Source of the DNA: an uncultured archaeon
Lineage (GTDB): Archaea; Aenigmatarchaeota; Aenigmatarchaeia; CG10238-14; EX4484-224
Direction: 5' to 3'
Assembly: GCA_964524025.1 (NCBI GenBank)
Contig: CAZGBT010000002.1
Coordinates: forward strand, 11,210-75,209
Length of the DNA: 64,000 nt
Made by a program: the position numbers and the translations under genes. Below are positions 49,090 through 59,128 of this stretch, piece after piece; position 1 is the stretch's first letter; each line of letters starts with the position of its first letter. Below the pieces are notes generated by a model that was not told the origin of the DNA, ran no database searches, and saw only the letters and a program-made list of their open reading frames with translations.

Positions 49090-50187
49090 ATGAACAAAAT
49101 AAGGTTTTCAGTACTAATTCCTGTCTACAAGGAATCGCCTTTTTTAAGAGAACTTTTAGATTCAATACTTTCAAACAATGTAAGCAAAGAAATTCTCGTA
49201 GGGATAGATTGTCCAACTAAAGAGAGCCTTAAAATTGTTTCGGAATACTCAAAAAAAGGTATTAGATTTATCTTGAGCAAAAAAAGACAGGGGAAAGCTA
49301 CTTGCTTAAATAAATTGGCTAGTATATCTAAAGGTAATTACTTAGTATTTATAGATGCTGATACAAAGATCGAACCTCAGAATTTTTTAGAAATTCTAGA
49401 AAAAGAGCTTGAGCGTAAACGTTTGGATATAGTAGAGGTTAACAAAACTATGAGTGGCAATTTACTTGAAGCCAGAATTTTTGATGTGGGAATGCGTCTT
49501 CAGAGCTTAGCTAATTATATCACAATAAACAAGTTTGGGAAAGGATTTGGAGTATGTGGGTATTTCATTTGCATAAAGAAAGATTTGTTTGAGAAAATCA
49601 AGGGTTTTAGAAAAATAATTGTAGAAGATGCAGATTTATCGTTTAGACTGAACATGCTTAAAACTAAATGGAAGTACTGTAGCAGGATAAAAATAACACA
49701 AGTACTTCCCGATAAAAGAAAAAAACTTTGGCCTAAAATTAAAAGATGGATTTTTGGAATCGGACTTTTCATAAAAGGAATAATAAATAATCCTCACTTA
49801 TGCAAAACTTATATGTCCCGAAATGTTTCTTCATTCTTATTAGGATTACCAATTTTATTTCCAGCTTTTATTATGTTATCGATATTAACTATATTAACTT
49901 ATCCGGTCTTTACGATCCATCGCTATAGACTATTTACATCGCCTCTATTTCCTTTTAACTTTCCCTTGCAAACTGGAATGTTTATCTTTTCGTTTACTCT
50001 TTATCTGGCATTACTTTTACCTTGTTATTTTCTTTATAAAAAGTTTCTTAGGAAAATAAATTTAGATTTAAGATTTTTCAACTTTACAATTTATTATCTA
50101 ATTTCTCCTTTTTTCCTGTTTAGTTATATCTTTGCCATCTTCTATTCATATCTAACTAAGCCTAAATTCGAGGATTGGAAAGTGTAA
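49090..50187 (+). CDS. Family-2 glycosyltransferase with C-terminal multi-TM region
   Basis: FSVLIPVYKE, FIDADT, C-terminal hydrophobic helices. Confidence 0.7.
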   Translation: MNKIRFSVLIPVYKESPFLRELLDSILSNNVSKEILVGIDCPTKESLKIVSEYSKKGIRFILSKKRQGKATCLNKLASISKGNYLVFIDADTKIEPQNFLEILEKELERKRLDIVEVNKTMSGNLLEARIFDVGMRLQSLANYITINKFGKGFGVCGYFICIKKDLFEKIKGFRKIIVEDADLSFRLNMLKTKWKYCSRIKITQVLPDKRKKLWPKIKRWIFGIGLFIKGIINNPHLCKTYMSRNVSSFLLGLPILFPAFIMLSILTILTYPVFTIHRYRLFTSPLFPFNFPLQTGMFIFSFTLYLALLLPCYFLYKKFLRKINLDLRFFNFTIYYLISPFFLFSYIFAIFYSYLTKPKFEDWKV

Positions 50188-50193
50188 ATTAGC

Positions 50194-51504
50194 ATGTTGC
50201 AGCAAAAAAAACTAAGAAGGATTGCAAGATTAACCGTTAAAGCTTTAAGAATAAGCAAAAAACCAAATGAAGGCATAGAACTTGCTAAGAAAAGGTTCGG
50301 ATCTAAGCTAATAAACAAATTATTAAGTAAAAACTATTGGAGGCTTGATGAGCTTCCTACGAACTTAAAAAAAATTCTAAAATATTTAGAAGATCCTAGT
50401 TTTGGGCCTTTAGTGATAAAAAGAAACAGAAAAATATACGTGAAGAAGCTTGTAGGGGAAGTGGTTAGGATAGTCTATTCTGAAGTTGAACCTGAAATTA
50501 AAAAACTAGTGGAATTCTTGAAAGAAGAGATTTGGAAAAAAGGCTGTCATGTTGTAGATTTTACATATTCTTCTAGAGAAGCTAGAAAACATCTTATCTT
50601 AAGTCCATTTGATGCATTAGCTGAACTCCCAAAGATATCTTTAGCAGCGGCAAAGTATTATGACGTAAGAATTTTTATAGGAGGCGAAGAAGATATTTAC
50701 TGGGCTAAAGGATATGAATGGAAACTTAGGTTTGGAGCCAAAGCTTCTGAAAAAATTAGAGAAATTATAGATAGAAGGAAAATTAGATGGTTATACTTTG
50801 GGTGGCCAGTAAAAAAGAACGAATACTTTGTAAGTGAGAAAATTTATAGGAAAGTTTTTTACAAGAGTATAGAGAAGACTTTTAGTAAAAAGACTAGGGA
50901 GCTATGTAAAACTTATGAAAAGCTTCTCAAGAATGTAAACAAAATAAGAATAACTGCTTCTGACGGTACTGATTTAACATTTAGAATTAAAGGTAGGCCT
51001 ATTCTAGTAGCTGATGGAATTATCGACGAAAGAGATATGAAAAGAGGAGATGTTGGTTTAAATATACCGGATGGAGAAGTTTTTGTTGCTCCTTTAGAGC
51101 ATTCAGCAAATGGTTATATAAAATTCGATTGGGTGCCGATTCATGGATTTGGCTTAGTGAAAGACTTAGAAATTGAATTTAAGAAAGGCAAGGTAGTTTG
51201 GTTTAACTCGCCGCAGAAATCTATTTTTAAAAAGTTTTTGAAGGCAAATACAGGAGAAAAAGATAGAATAGCTGAATTTGGAATAGGAACTAATCCTGCT
51301 GCGAGACCAATAGGAGAAACTATAGTTGACGAAAAGATATTCGGAAGCATTCATATAGCAATAGGAAATAACAGAGGTTGCTATCATGGCAAAAACAAAG
51401 CTTCAAGCCATTTAGATATGATTAAAATAATGAAAGGTGTTGATGGAAGAGTTTATGCCGATGGGAAGCTCATAATGCAAGATGGGAAACCAATAATAGA
51501 ATGA
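50194..51504 (+). CDS. M29-family aminopeptidase (AmpS/PepS-like)
   Basis: AEFGIGTN ... SIHIAIGNN conserved C-terminal metal-site motifs. Confidence 0.65.
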   Translation: MLQQKKLRRIARLTVKALRISKKPNEGIELAKKRFGSKLINKLLSKNYWRLDELPTNLKKILKYLEDPSFGPLVIKRNRKIYVKKLVGEVVRIVYSEVEPEIKKLVEFLKEEIWKKGCHVVDFTYSSREARKHLILSPFDALAELPKISLAAAKYYDVRIFIGGEEDIYWAKGYEWKLRFGAKASEKIREIIDRRKIRWLYFGWPVKKNEYFVSEKIYRKVFYKSIEKTFSKKTRELCKTYEKLLKNVNKIRITASDGTDLTFRIKGRPILVADGIIDERDMKRGDVGLNIPDGEVFVAPLEHSANGYIKFDWVPIHGFGLVKDLEIEFKKGKVVWFNSPQKSIFKKFLKANTGEKDRIAEFGIGTNPAARPIGETIVDEKIFGSIHIAIGNNRGCYHGKNKASSHLDMIKIMKGVDGRVYADGKLIMQDGKPIIE

Positions 51505-52562
51505 ATTTACTTAAGGAAAAATTCTCTGATATAAAGAATTTCCTTAAGAAAAAGAAACTTGATGCAATAATACTTTTTAATATAGGAAATTTTATCGATC
51601 CAAACATTCAATACTTTACAAATTTTAAACCTATAGCTGGATTGACTAATTGTATTTTCCTGTTAACTAAAGAAATCGAAGATTGTAAATTGTTTCTTTC
51701 AGAAGAAATAGGAAAAGTTAAAACAAACGTAGAAATTATATGGACTAAAAAGTTTAAACTAAAAGAGATTCTTTCTTCTTTTAAGTTTAAACGAATAGGG
51801 GTAAATAAGTACAAAATTCCTGCAAAGTTATTGGAAAAATTGAAGAGGATACTTAAATGCGGAATTATAGATGTAAACAAATTTTTACTTGAAATTAGAT
51901 CTGTTAAGGTAAAAGACGAGATTAAAATAATTAAGAAAGTTACAAAACTTACTAACAAATGCATAAAGCAAATAGAAAACAGATTTTCTGAGTTTAAAAA
52001 TGAAAACGAAATTTCAGATTTCATAGATAATTTTGCAAAGTCTAATAATCTAAAGTTGGCATTTCCAACCATAGCTGCTTCTGGAAAAAGATCCTCCCTA
52101 ATCCATCCAGTTATAAAAAAGAGAATTGAATTTGCTGGCTATATAGATTTTGGCTTTGATTTAAATGGTTATAAGACTGACGTTACCATACCTTTCATAA
52201 AGAAAAAAACCAGAGAAGTAGAAAAATTTGCAGAAATATTATTAGAATCTTACGAAATTGCTTTAGAAAATTTGAGAGTTGGTAATATGAGTTCTAACAT
52301 TTATAAAAAGGTTGAAGACTTTCTAAAGAAGCATGGATTTGGACTAAGGCATGCGTTAGGTCATGGTTTGGGATTAGAAGTTCACGAATTACCGTCATTC
52401 GATTCGAAGAGTAAGTATTTTTTAAAAAATGGGAATGTGTTTACTATAGAGCCAGGAATTTATGTTAAAACATTTGGGTTAAGGATAGAAGACGATTTCC
52501 TTTTGTGGAAAAACAAGCTTATTCCTTTGACCCAAAGTTTTCTGCTAGATTTAACTCAATAA
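51501..52562 (+). CDS. M24-family peptidase (Xaa-Pro aminopeptidase/prolidase-like)
   Basis: HALGHGLGLEVHE ... TIEPGIY pita-bread motifs. ATGA overlap with upstream gene. Confidence 0.75.
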   Translation: MNLLKEKFSDIKNFLKKKKLDAIILFNIGNFIDPNIQYFTNFKPIAGLTNCIFLLTKEIEDCKLFLSEEIGKVKTNVEIIWTKKFKLKEILSSFKFKRIGVNKYKIPAKLLEKLKRILKCGIIDVNKFLLEIRSVKVKDEIKIIKKVTKLTNKCIKQIENRFSEFKNENEISDFIDNFAKSNNLKLAFPTIAASGKRSSLIHPVIKKRIEFAGYIDFGFDLNGYKTDVTIPFIKKKTREVEKFAEILLESYEIALENLRVGNMSSNIYKKVEDFLKKHGFGLRHALGHGLGLEVHELPSFDSKSKYFLKNGNVFTIEPGIYVKTFGLRIEDDFLLWKNKLIPLTQSFLLDLTQ

Positions 52563-54382
52563 ATTATTTTAATAGCTTTCTTTGAGATTAAAGCTCTTAA
52601 CAATTTTTTACCTATTTCTGAACCCTTACTTATTTTAATTTTTCCTTTTTTGCTAACTGTAGCTGAAAACAAAAATTCATTATCTACATAAAAACTTACT
52701 GGCTTACCCGCATACCTCTTTCCAATATTAAATTCTAAACTATTACCTAGTTCAATTACTTGAAAACCCAATTCCTTGCCAATAGCCTTTCTTAATGGTT
52801 CTACTTCTAATTTAATCCCAAGCCTTTCTTCTAACTTAGAGATTGTTTTTCCATTCTTCCCTATTATTCTTGGTATTGCTTCATTTCTAACCCTAATTAT
52901 AGCTTTATTACCGCTTACAATTTCAACTTCTGCATAAGGATCAAATTTTTTAATCTCAAGATATATTCTTTCTTCGGCAAGTCTTTTTGTTACATCTTTT
53001 GCTTTAACTTTTTCAACAGGAACAACTACATTTTCTTCACCATAAGTATAAATTTCATATTCTAACTTTCCTGTCTCAAAATCTCTAACTTCAACCACAG
53101 GTCTTGCTAGATCTGCTTCAGTCATTCCAGTAGGAACTTTAACTGTTAGCGATAATTCATAAACTTTCTTTATTTTTCCGGCTTCAACAAAAATGATTGT
53201 ATCGACTATATGAGGTATCATCCCTAATTCTATTCTACCCATAAATCGCTGAATAGCATCTATAGGAGAAGATGCATGAACTACTCCTACCATCCCTACA
53301 CCGGCTAGTCTAAGGTCTGCAAAAACTTTAAAATCTTTTGTCTTTCTAACTTCGTCAAATATAGAATAATCTGGTCTTACCAAAAGCAGAATGTCCGCAG
53401 TCTTCTCGAAATCCCCTTCTAAAGGTCCGTACTGTGCTATTTCATCTGGAACTTGTAAGTCCCTTGGACTTTCTAGAGTTTTTACTATTTTTCCTTTCCT
53501 CCAATAAAATTCCGCCAAACTAGAAGCTAAAGTTGTTTTACCGCTTCCAGGAGGTCCGCATATTAAAATTCCTTCAGCTTTTTCCTCTAATCTTTTCATA
53601 AGTTTTTCCGACAAACCATATTCCTCTAACGATAACTTTACAATAGGTCTTACTATAGTTACTTCAACACCATCGCTAAATGGAGGTCTCGTTATAGCAA
53701 TCCTATAATTATTAAATTGCAAAACTGTAGCTCCTGCTCTTGAAATTTCCATAAACCCCTCTTCGCTTATCCTTGCAGCCTCTGTTATTTCTCTTATAAT
53801 TTCCTCAACTTCCTCTCTCGTTAATGGCTTATCTGTAAGCTTAACAAGTTTGAAGTTTCCTGGTTTTCCTCTTTTTGCATAAATTGGCGCTTTTTCTTTT
53901 ATATGCAAGCTTAATGTATCAGGAGTAAGGTACTTTTCGAAAATCAAACCTTCTTTTTTAACCTCAGGTGGTATATATTTAACTTCTACACCTTCTGCTT
54001 CTGCCACTAAAGCCTGAACGTAGTCTGCTGTATAAAGGATTGCATTCTCTTTTTTTGCAGTTTCCCTTATTATAGCATCTATTCTGCCTGCCTTTGCTAA
54101 TTTAATATCTTCTAAAGTTGGTATTTCTCCTGAAAATCTTATTTTTATGCCCTTTTCCTTACAAATTTTCCTTAACTTTCTTAATTCATCCAAACCGATA
54201 AAACCCACTTCTTTACCTTTAGAAGCTTGGGCTTGTAACTCGTCTAGAACTGCCCTAGGTATGATTATCTCAATGTTTTTTAACTCTCCTTTCTCTATTA
54301 ACTCAGAGAGCTTTCTATCTATTATTATCGAAGTATCGGGCGCTATTTTAGTTATTTTTCTCTTTCTTGCCATAGTTTTCAT
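52556..54382 (-). CDS. PIN-domain plus PhoH/PilT-like ATPase plus KH-domain protein
   Basis: N-terminal PIN (IAPDTSIIID), Walker A ILICGPPGSGKTTLA, C-terminal KH (IIGKNGKTISKLEERLGIKLEV). Confidence 0.8.
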   Translation of the reverse strand: MKTMARKRKITKIAPDTSIIIDRKLSELIEKGELKNIEIIIPRAVLDELQAQASKGKEVGFIGLDELRKLRKICKEKGIKIRFSGEIPTLEDIKLAKAGRIDAIIRETAKKENAILYTADYVQALVAEAEGVEVKYIPPEVKKEGLIFEKYLTPDTLSLHIKEKAPIYAKRGKPGNFKLVKLTDKPLTREEVEEIIREITEAARISEEGFMEISRAGATVLQFNNYRIAITRPPFSDGVEVTIVRPIVKLSLEEYGLSEKLMKRLEEKAEGILICGPPGSGKTTLASSLAEFYWRKGKIVKTLESPRDLQVPDEIAQYGPLEGDFEKTADILLLVRPDYSIFDEVRKTKDFKVFADLRLAGVGMVGVVHASSPIDAIQRFMGRIELGMIPHIVDTIIFVEAGKIKKVYELSLTVKVPTGMTEADLARPVVEVRDFETGKLEYEIYTYGEENVVVPVEKVKAKDVTKRLAEERIYLEIKKFDPYAEVEIVSGNKAIIRVRNEAIPRIIGKNGKTISKLEERLGIKLEVEPLRKAIGKELGFQVIELGNSLEFNIGKRYAGKPVSFYVDNEFLFSATVSKKGKIKISKGSEIGKKLLRALISKKAIKIIY

Positions 54383-54526
54383 TTGAAATTGTCTCTTAAA
54401 ATTTTAATTCTAATCAGCAATGCATTTATTAAGCTTTACTCTAAATAATTCTTGATAAGGATGGGTGGTCGACGGATCTAATTTCTTCAAAAATTTTAAG
54501 CAAAAAAATTATTCTATAAAAGCAGT

Positions 54527-57496
54527 ATGTTGGACTTGCTGAAAATTCAGGAAGAGATTAGAGAATTTTGGGAAAGGAACAATATTCCAAAGAAAATTGT
54601 AGAAAAAAGGTTTAGCGAAAAAAAGCCTAAATTTTTCTTGCTAGATGGCCCGCCTTATGTTAACCAAGTAGCGCATGTAGGTCATATAAAAACGACAACA
54701 ATGAAAGACGTTTGGTCTAAGTTTAAGCTTATGCAAGGCTTTGCCTCTTGGTTCCAGCCAGGTTTTGATTGCCATGGATTGCCAATAGAAAACATGGTAG
54801 AAAGAAAACTTGGAATTAAATCAAAAAAAGAGATAGAAGAGAAGATTGGTGTAGAGAGATTTATGAAACTATGTAGGGAGCATGCAAAAGGAAATGAGCA
54901 GGTATGGCTTGAGCTTTACAGAAAGTTAGGAGCTTGGAGAGGCTATTTCCAACCTTATCTTACGCTAGAGAATTACTACATAGAAGCAGGCTGGTGGACT
55001 ATAAAGAAATTTTTCGAAAAAGGTATGATTTACCAGGGCGAAAAACCTGTGTTCTGGTGCTGTAGATGTCAAACTTCTTTAGCAGGTTACGAGGTTACAG
55101 ATAGTTATGCCCAAGTTAAAGATCCAGCAATTTACGTGAAATTTAGGATTAAAGGAAATGAATTTATTGTAATTTATACTACTACACCATGGACTCTAAT
55201 TGGAAATGTAGCTATAGCTGTGCATCCAGAAGAAAAGTACGTAAAAGTAAAAGTAGGGAATGAAATATTAATAGTTGCAAAAAAGAGGGTTAAGGCAATT
55301 TTTGAGGAGTTATTAAATGTAGAGTACCAGGTTATAGAAGAATTTCCAGGTAAGAAACTAGAAGGAACAAAATACGAACCTGTTGTTAATGTTCCTATCC
55401 AACAAGAATTATCTAAAAAAGAAAATGCTCATAAAGTAATCCTTTCTATACCTGTACTTAAATCAAAAGCCTATGCTAAAAAGGTAGAAAGGATTAGCGA
55501 GATGGAAGAGGAAGTTAGCCATTTGGTTAACGTCGAAGAAGGAACTGGTTGTGTTCATATAGCTCCAGGCCATGGTCCAGAAGATTATTATATAGGTCAA
55601 TATTACAACCTTCCTGCGGTCTCTCCTGTCGATGACGAAGGAAAGTTTACAGAAGATGCAGGTGAATTTCGTGGAATTTTTGTGAAAGATGCTAACAACC
55701 TAATAATCCAAAAACTTAAAGAAAAAAATTTATTGCTATACGAGGGGTCTGTTGTACACTCGTATCCATTATGCTGGAGATGTAAATCTCCGCTGATTTT
55801 TAGACTAAGCAAACAGTGGTTTCTTTCTATAGAGCCTATAAAGGAGAAGATGCTTGAAGAAAATAAAAAGGTTAGATGGCTTCCTGATTATGGTAAAAAA
55901 AGATTTGAAAATTGGGCGAGGCAGGCAACTGATTGGTGTATATCAAGACAGAGATATTGGGGGATCCCGTTGCCTATTTGGATATGTAAAAGATGTGGAA
56001 ATTTAGAGGTTATAGGCTCAAAAAAAGAGTTAGAAGAGAAATCCGTAAACATTAAAGAAATCCAAGATTTGCACAAACACTTTGTAGATAAAGTTAAGAT
56101 AAAATGCAAAAAATGTGGAGAATTGATGGAAAGAGTTCCTGATGTTTTGGATGTTTGGTTCGATTCTGGAATAGCTCCATGGGCATCTTTAGGATATCCC
56201 TTTAGGAATAAAGAAATGTTTGAAAAGTTATGGCCTGTAGATCTTGTATGCGAATCACAAGATCAAATAAGAGGTTGGTTTTATTCATTAATGTTTTGCG
56301 GAGTTGGCATTTTTAATCGATCTCCTTATAAAACGGTTTGCATGATGGGCTGGGTTGTCGATGAAAAAGGAGAAAAGATGAGTAAAAGTTTAGGAAATGT
56401 TGTTTGGGCTGAAGACGCTTTAAATAAATATGGAGCTGACCTTTTAAGATTTTACTATTGTTTTGCAAAACCACCTTGGGAAATTCAACCTTTTAGTTTT
56501 AAAGCTTTAGAGGATACCAAGAAATATTTCAACACGCTTTGGAATTGCTTTCAATTCTTTCTCACTTATTGCAACAAATTAGATTTTTCGCTTGAAAATC
56601 TCAAGCTTGAGGATAGATGGATTTTATCAAAACTCAACTCGCTAATAAAAGAATTTACAGAATACATGGAAAGTTTTAAGTTTAACTTAGCCATGAAAGC
56701 TTGGGCAGAATTTTTGTTAGAGGATTTAAGCAGAACTTATATAAAATTAATAAGAGATAGAGTTTGGGTAAGCAGAAAAGGTAAGAAGAAACAAAGTGCA
56801 CTATCTACACTTTACTTTTCCTTGCTTACTTTAATTAAGCTCTTAGCTCCAATAAGTCCTTTTATCTCAGAATATCTTTACCAAAGATTGAAAAAATTTA
56901 AAAAAGAGAAGAAAACTTCGATTTTTGAAGAAGAATTTCCTTCCGTTCAAACAAGCTTTCTGGACGAAGAGTTAGAGAAAGATTTCGAAATTGCAAAAAA
57001 AATAATCGAAGCTTGTTATAAAGCTAGACAAGAAGCAAAAATTAAACTAAGATGGCCAATAAAAAGACTCGTATTAATCTTAAAAGAAGGAAAAGACTCG
57101 GCTAAAAGGTTAAAGGAGATTATCAAAAGGATGTGCAATTGTAAAAGAATTTGCTTTACTAAACGTAGGGGCAAATTCGTTAGAGTCGACTTTGAACTTG
57201 GATCTGTTCTAATAGATTCAGAGTTGGATAGAAAGTTAATAAAAGAAGCTATTAGGAGAGAATTAATAAGAGCTATTCAGTTTGAAAGGAAAAAAGAAGG
57301 ATTAAGAGTTAAGGATAAAATCAAAGTAGAAGTTAAAGCTAGCGATTTAGCTAAAGAAGCTTTAAAAGAAAAGATTGAAGATGTAAAAAGAAAAATATGC
57401 GCTGTAGAGCTTGAATTTAAAGAAGAAGTTGAAGAAAGGTATAGACTAAAATTGTTTGACCAAACGATTAGCTTTAACTTCAAAAAGGTAGAATGA
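54527..57496 (+). CDS. ileS: Isoleucyl-tRNA synthetase
   Basis: PPYVNQVAHVGH, DWCISRQRYWGIPLPIW, KMSKSLGN. Editing CP1 region. 989 aa. Confidence 0.9.
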   Translation: MLDLLKIQEEIREFWERNNIPKKIVEKRFSEKKPKFFLLDGPPYVNQVAHVGHIKTTTMKDVWSKFKLMQGFASWFQPGFDCHGLPIENMVERKLGIKSKKEIEEKIGVERFMKLCREHAKGNEQVWLELYRKLGAWRGYFQPYLTLENYYIEAGWWTIKKFFEKGMIYQGEKPVFWCCRCQTSLAGYEVTDSYAQVKDPAIYVKFRIKGNEFIVIYTTTPWTLIGNVAIAVHPEEKYVKVKVGNEILIVAKKRVKAIFEELLNVEYQVIEEFPGKKLEGTKYEPVVNVPIQQELSKKENAHKVILSIPVLKSKAYAKKVERISEMEEEVSHLVNVEEGTGCVHIAPGHGPEDYYIGQYYNLPAVSPVDDEGKFTEDAGEFRGIFVKDANNLIIQKLKEKNLLLYEGSVVHSYPLCWRCKSPLIFRLSKQWFLSIEPIKEKMLEENKKVRWLPDYGKKRFENWARQATDWCISRQRYWGIPLPIWICKRCGNLEVIGSKKELEEKSVNIKEIQDLHKHFVDKVKIKCKKCGELMERVPDVLDVWFDSGIAPWASLGYPFRNKEMFEKLWPVDLVCESQDQIRGWFYSLMFCGVGIFNRSPYKTVCMMGWVVDEKGEKMSKSLGNVVWAEDALNKYGADLLRFYYCFAKPPWEIQPFSFKALEDTKKYFNTLWNCFQFFLTYCNKLDFSLENLKLEDRWILSKLNSLIKEFTEYMESFKFNLAMKAWAEFLLEDLSRTYIKLIRDRVWVSRKGKKKQSALSTLYFSLLTLIKLLAPISPFISEYLYQRLKKFKKEKKTSIFEEEFPSVQTSFLDEELEKDFEIAKKIIEACYKARQEAKIKLRWPIKRLVLILKEGKDSAKRLKEIIKRMCNCKRICFTKRRGKFVRVDFELGSVLIDSELDRKLIKEAIRRELIRAIQFERKKEGLRVKDKIKVEVKASDLAKEALKEKIEDVKRKICAVELEFKEEVEERYRLKLFDQTISFNFKKVE

Positions 57497-57891
57497 ATGA
57501 TGAAAAAGTTATCCTACTTATAAGTACCATCTTAGCTATCATTGGTATGCTTTCCATCTATCTTTTATCGCTCTTTTATAAGCCGATAGAAATTCCAATA
57601 AGCGACCTAACTCTTGAATACGAAGGAAGGAAAGTTAGAGTTAAAGGAGAAATAACTAGAGTTTATTTAAATAAAGAAGGTACTTTTGGTTATTTAGTTT
57701 TGTCGGATAATATTTCATTCGTTCAAGTCCCTTTATTCTCCGATCTTATTTCTGCTTTAAAGAAAGAAGGTATATCACCACGCTATTTTAAAAAAGGTAT
57801 GATAGTCGAAGTAAGCGGAATAGTTAGCGAATATAAAGGGCTTTTACAAGTAATACCAAGAAAAGTTGATGATATAAGGCTGATAACTTGA
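57493..57891 (+). CDS. Membrane-anchored OB-fold protein (paralog of 33404..33784)
   Basis: N-terminal TM helix then RKVRVKGEITRV...GMIVEVSGIVSEYKGLLQVI. Confidence 0.5.
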   Translation: MNDEKVILLISTILAIIGMLSIYLLSLFYKPIEIPISDLTLEYEGRKVRVKGEITRVYLNKEGTFGYLVLSDNISFVQVPLFSDLISALKKEGISPRYFKKGMIVEVSGIVSEYKGLLQVIPRKVDDIRLIT

Positions 57892-59114
57892 AAGAGATAT
57901 TGTTTACTATTATTGGAAGCTTAATTGGAAGTTTTCTTGGTCTACTCCCAGGTTTTCATGTTAATAATATAATACCATTTCTTTTGACCTTACCGTTTCT
58001 TCCATTGGATCTTTCAATCTTCATAGTTTCAATAGCAGTTTCCCAAATAGTTTCTAGTTTTCTTCCATCTGTATTTTTAGGTGCTCCTGAAAGCGAGAAC
58101 GCTCTAGCTGTACTTCCCGGGCATAAAATGCTTTTAGAAGGTAGAGGTAGAGAAGCCGTTAAGCTAGTTTTAGTAGGTAGTTTGCTAGGTGCTATTTTTA
58201 CCATATTACTTTCCTTAGCTACATCAAGCTATTTTAAAATGCTATACAAGATTTCAAGACCTTTCATACATTACTTAATAATACTCACTATAGCTTTGAT
58301 GCTTCTTACAGAAAAAAGTTTTAGAAGAATAGTCAGAAGTATTTTTGTCTTATTGTTGTCGGGCTTATTTGGTTTATTAATTTTCAATTTTCCTTTGATT
58401 AGCCAAAACATAGTTTTATTTCCAGCTCTAAGCGGATTATTTGGTGCCAGCACTTTACTAACAAGCCTTAGCGAAAGAACCAAAATACCAAAGCAAAAGA
58501 GGAAACAGGAAATAATGCTCAAATTTGACAAAGTGGCATTTTGCTCTTTACTAGGAAGCTTTGCAGGGATTCTCGTCGGTTTTTTACCAGCCATAGGGAT
58601 TTCACAGGCAGCCATAATGGTTCAATATCTTGCAGGTATAAGAGAAGTTAGGAGTTTCTTAGTAACTCTTGGAAGTATTAACGTTGCTAACGAAATCTTT
58701 TCACTATTTTGCCTTTATTTAGTTAAAAACCCTAGGTCAGGGGCTTCTGTAGCTATTCAGAAAATAATGGGAAAGTTAGTTTTTGAAGATGTGTTGCTAT
58801 TCATGTTGGTATCGATTACGTCTTTAGGAATAAGTAGTATCATAACTTTACTCCTTTCTAAAGAATTTTCAAAATTAGTTGAAAGAATTAATTACAAATT
58901 TCTAACACTTTTTGCACTTTCTTTCCTTACTCTAATGGTTTTCATATTTTCAGGCTTGGGAGGCTTGTTAATTTTCTTAACTGCAACTTCCATAGGTTTT
59001 ACAACAATAAAATTGAAAGTTAAAAGATCCTATTGCATGGGGGTTTTGCTTATACCATCCATACTTTTCTTCTCTAAACTAACACCTTATGTGCTAAAGA
59101 TTTTAAGAATCTAA
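57888..59114 (+). CDS. TctA-like (DUF112) integral membrane protein
   Basis: Duplicated G-x-x-x-G-x-LPG/LPA motifs (GSLIGSFLGLLPGFH; LGSFAGILVGFLPAIG). ~10 TM. Confidence 0.6.
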   Translation: MKEILFTIIGSLIGSFLGLLPGFHVNNIIPFLLTLPFLPLDLSIFIVSIAVSQIVSSFLPSVFLGAPESENALAVLPGHKMLLEGRGREAVKLVLVGSLLGAIFTILLSLATSSYFKMLYKISRPFIHYLIILTIALMLLTEKSFRRIVRSIFVLLLSGLFGLLIFNFPLISQNIVLFPALSGLFGASTLLTSLSERTKIPKQKRKQEIMLKFDKVAFCSLLGSFAGILVGFLPAIGISQAAIMVQYLAGIREVRSFLVTLGSINVANEIFSLFCLYLVKNPRSGASVAIQKIMGKLVFEDVLLFMLVSITSLGISSIITLLLSKEFSKLVERINYKFLTLFALSFLTLMVFIFSGLGGLLIFLTATSIGFTTIKLKVKRSYCMGVLLIPSILFFSKLTPYVLKILRI

Positions 59115-59128
59115 ATTTTAGAAAAATT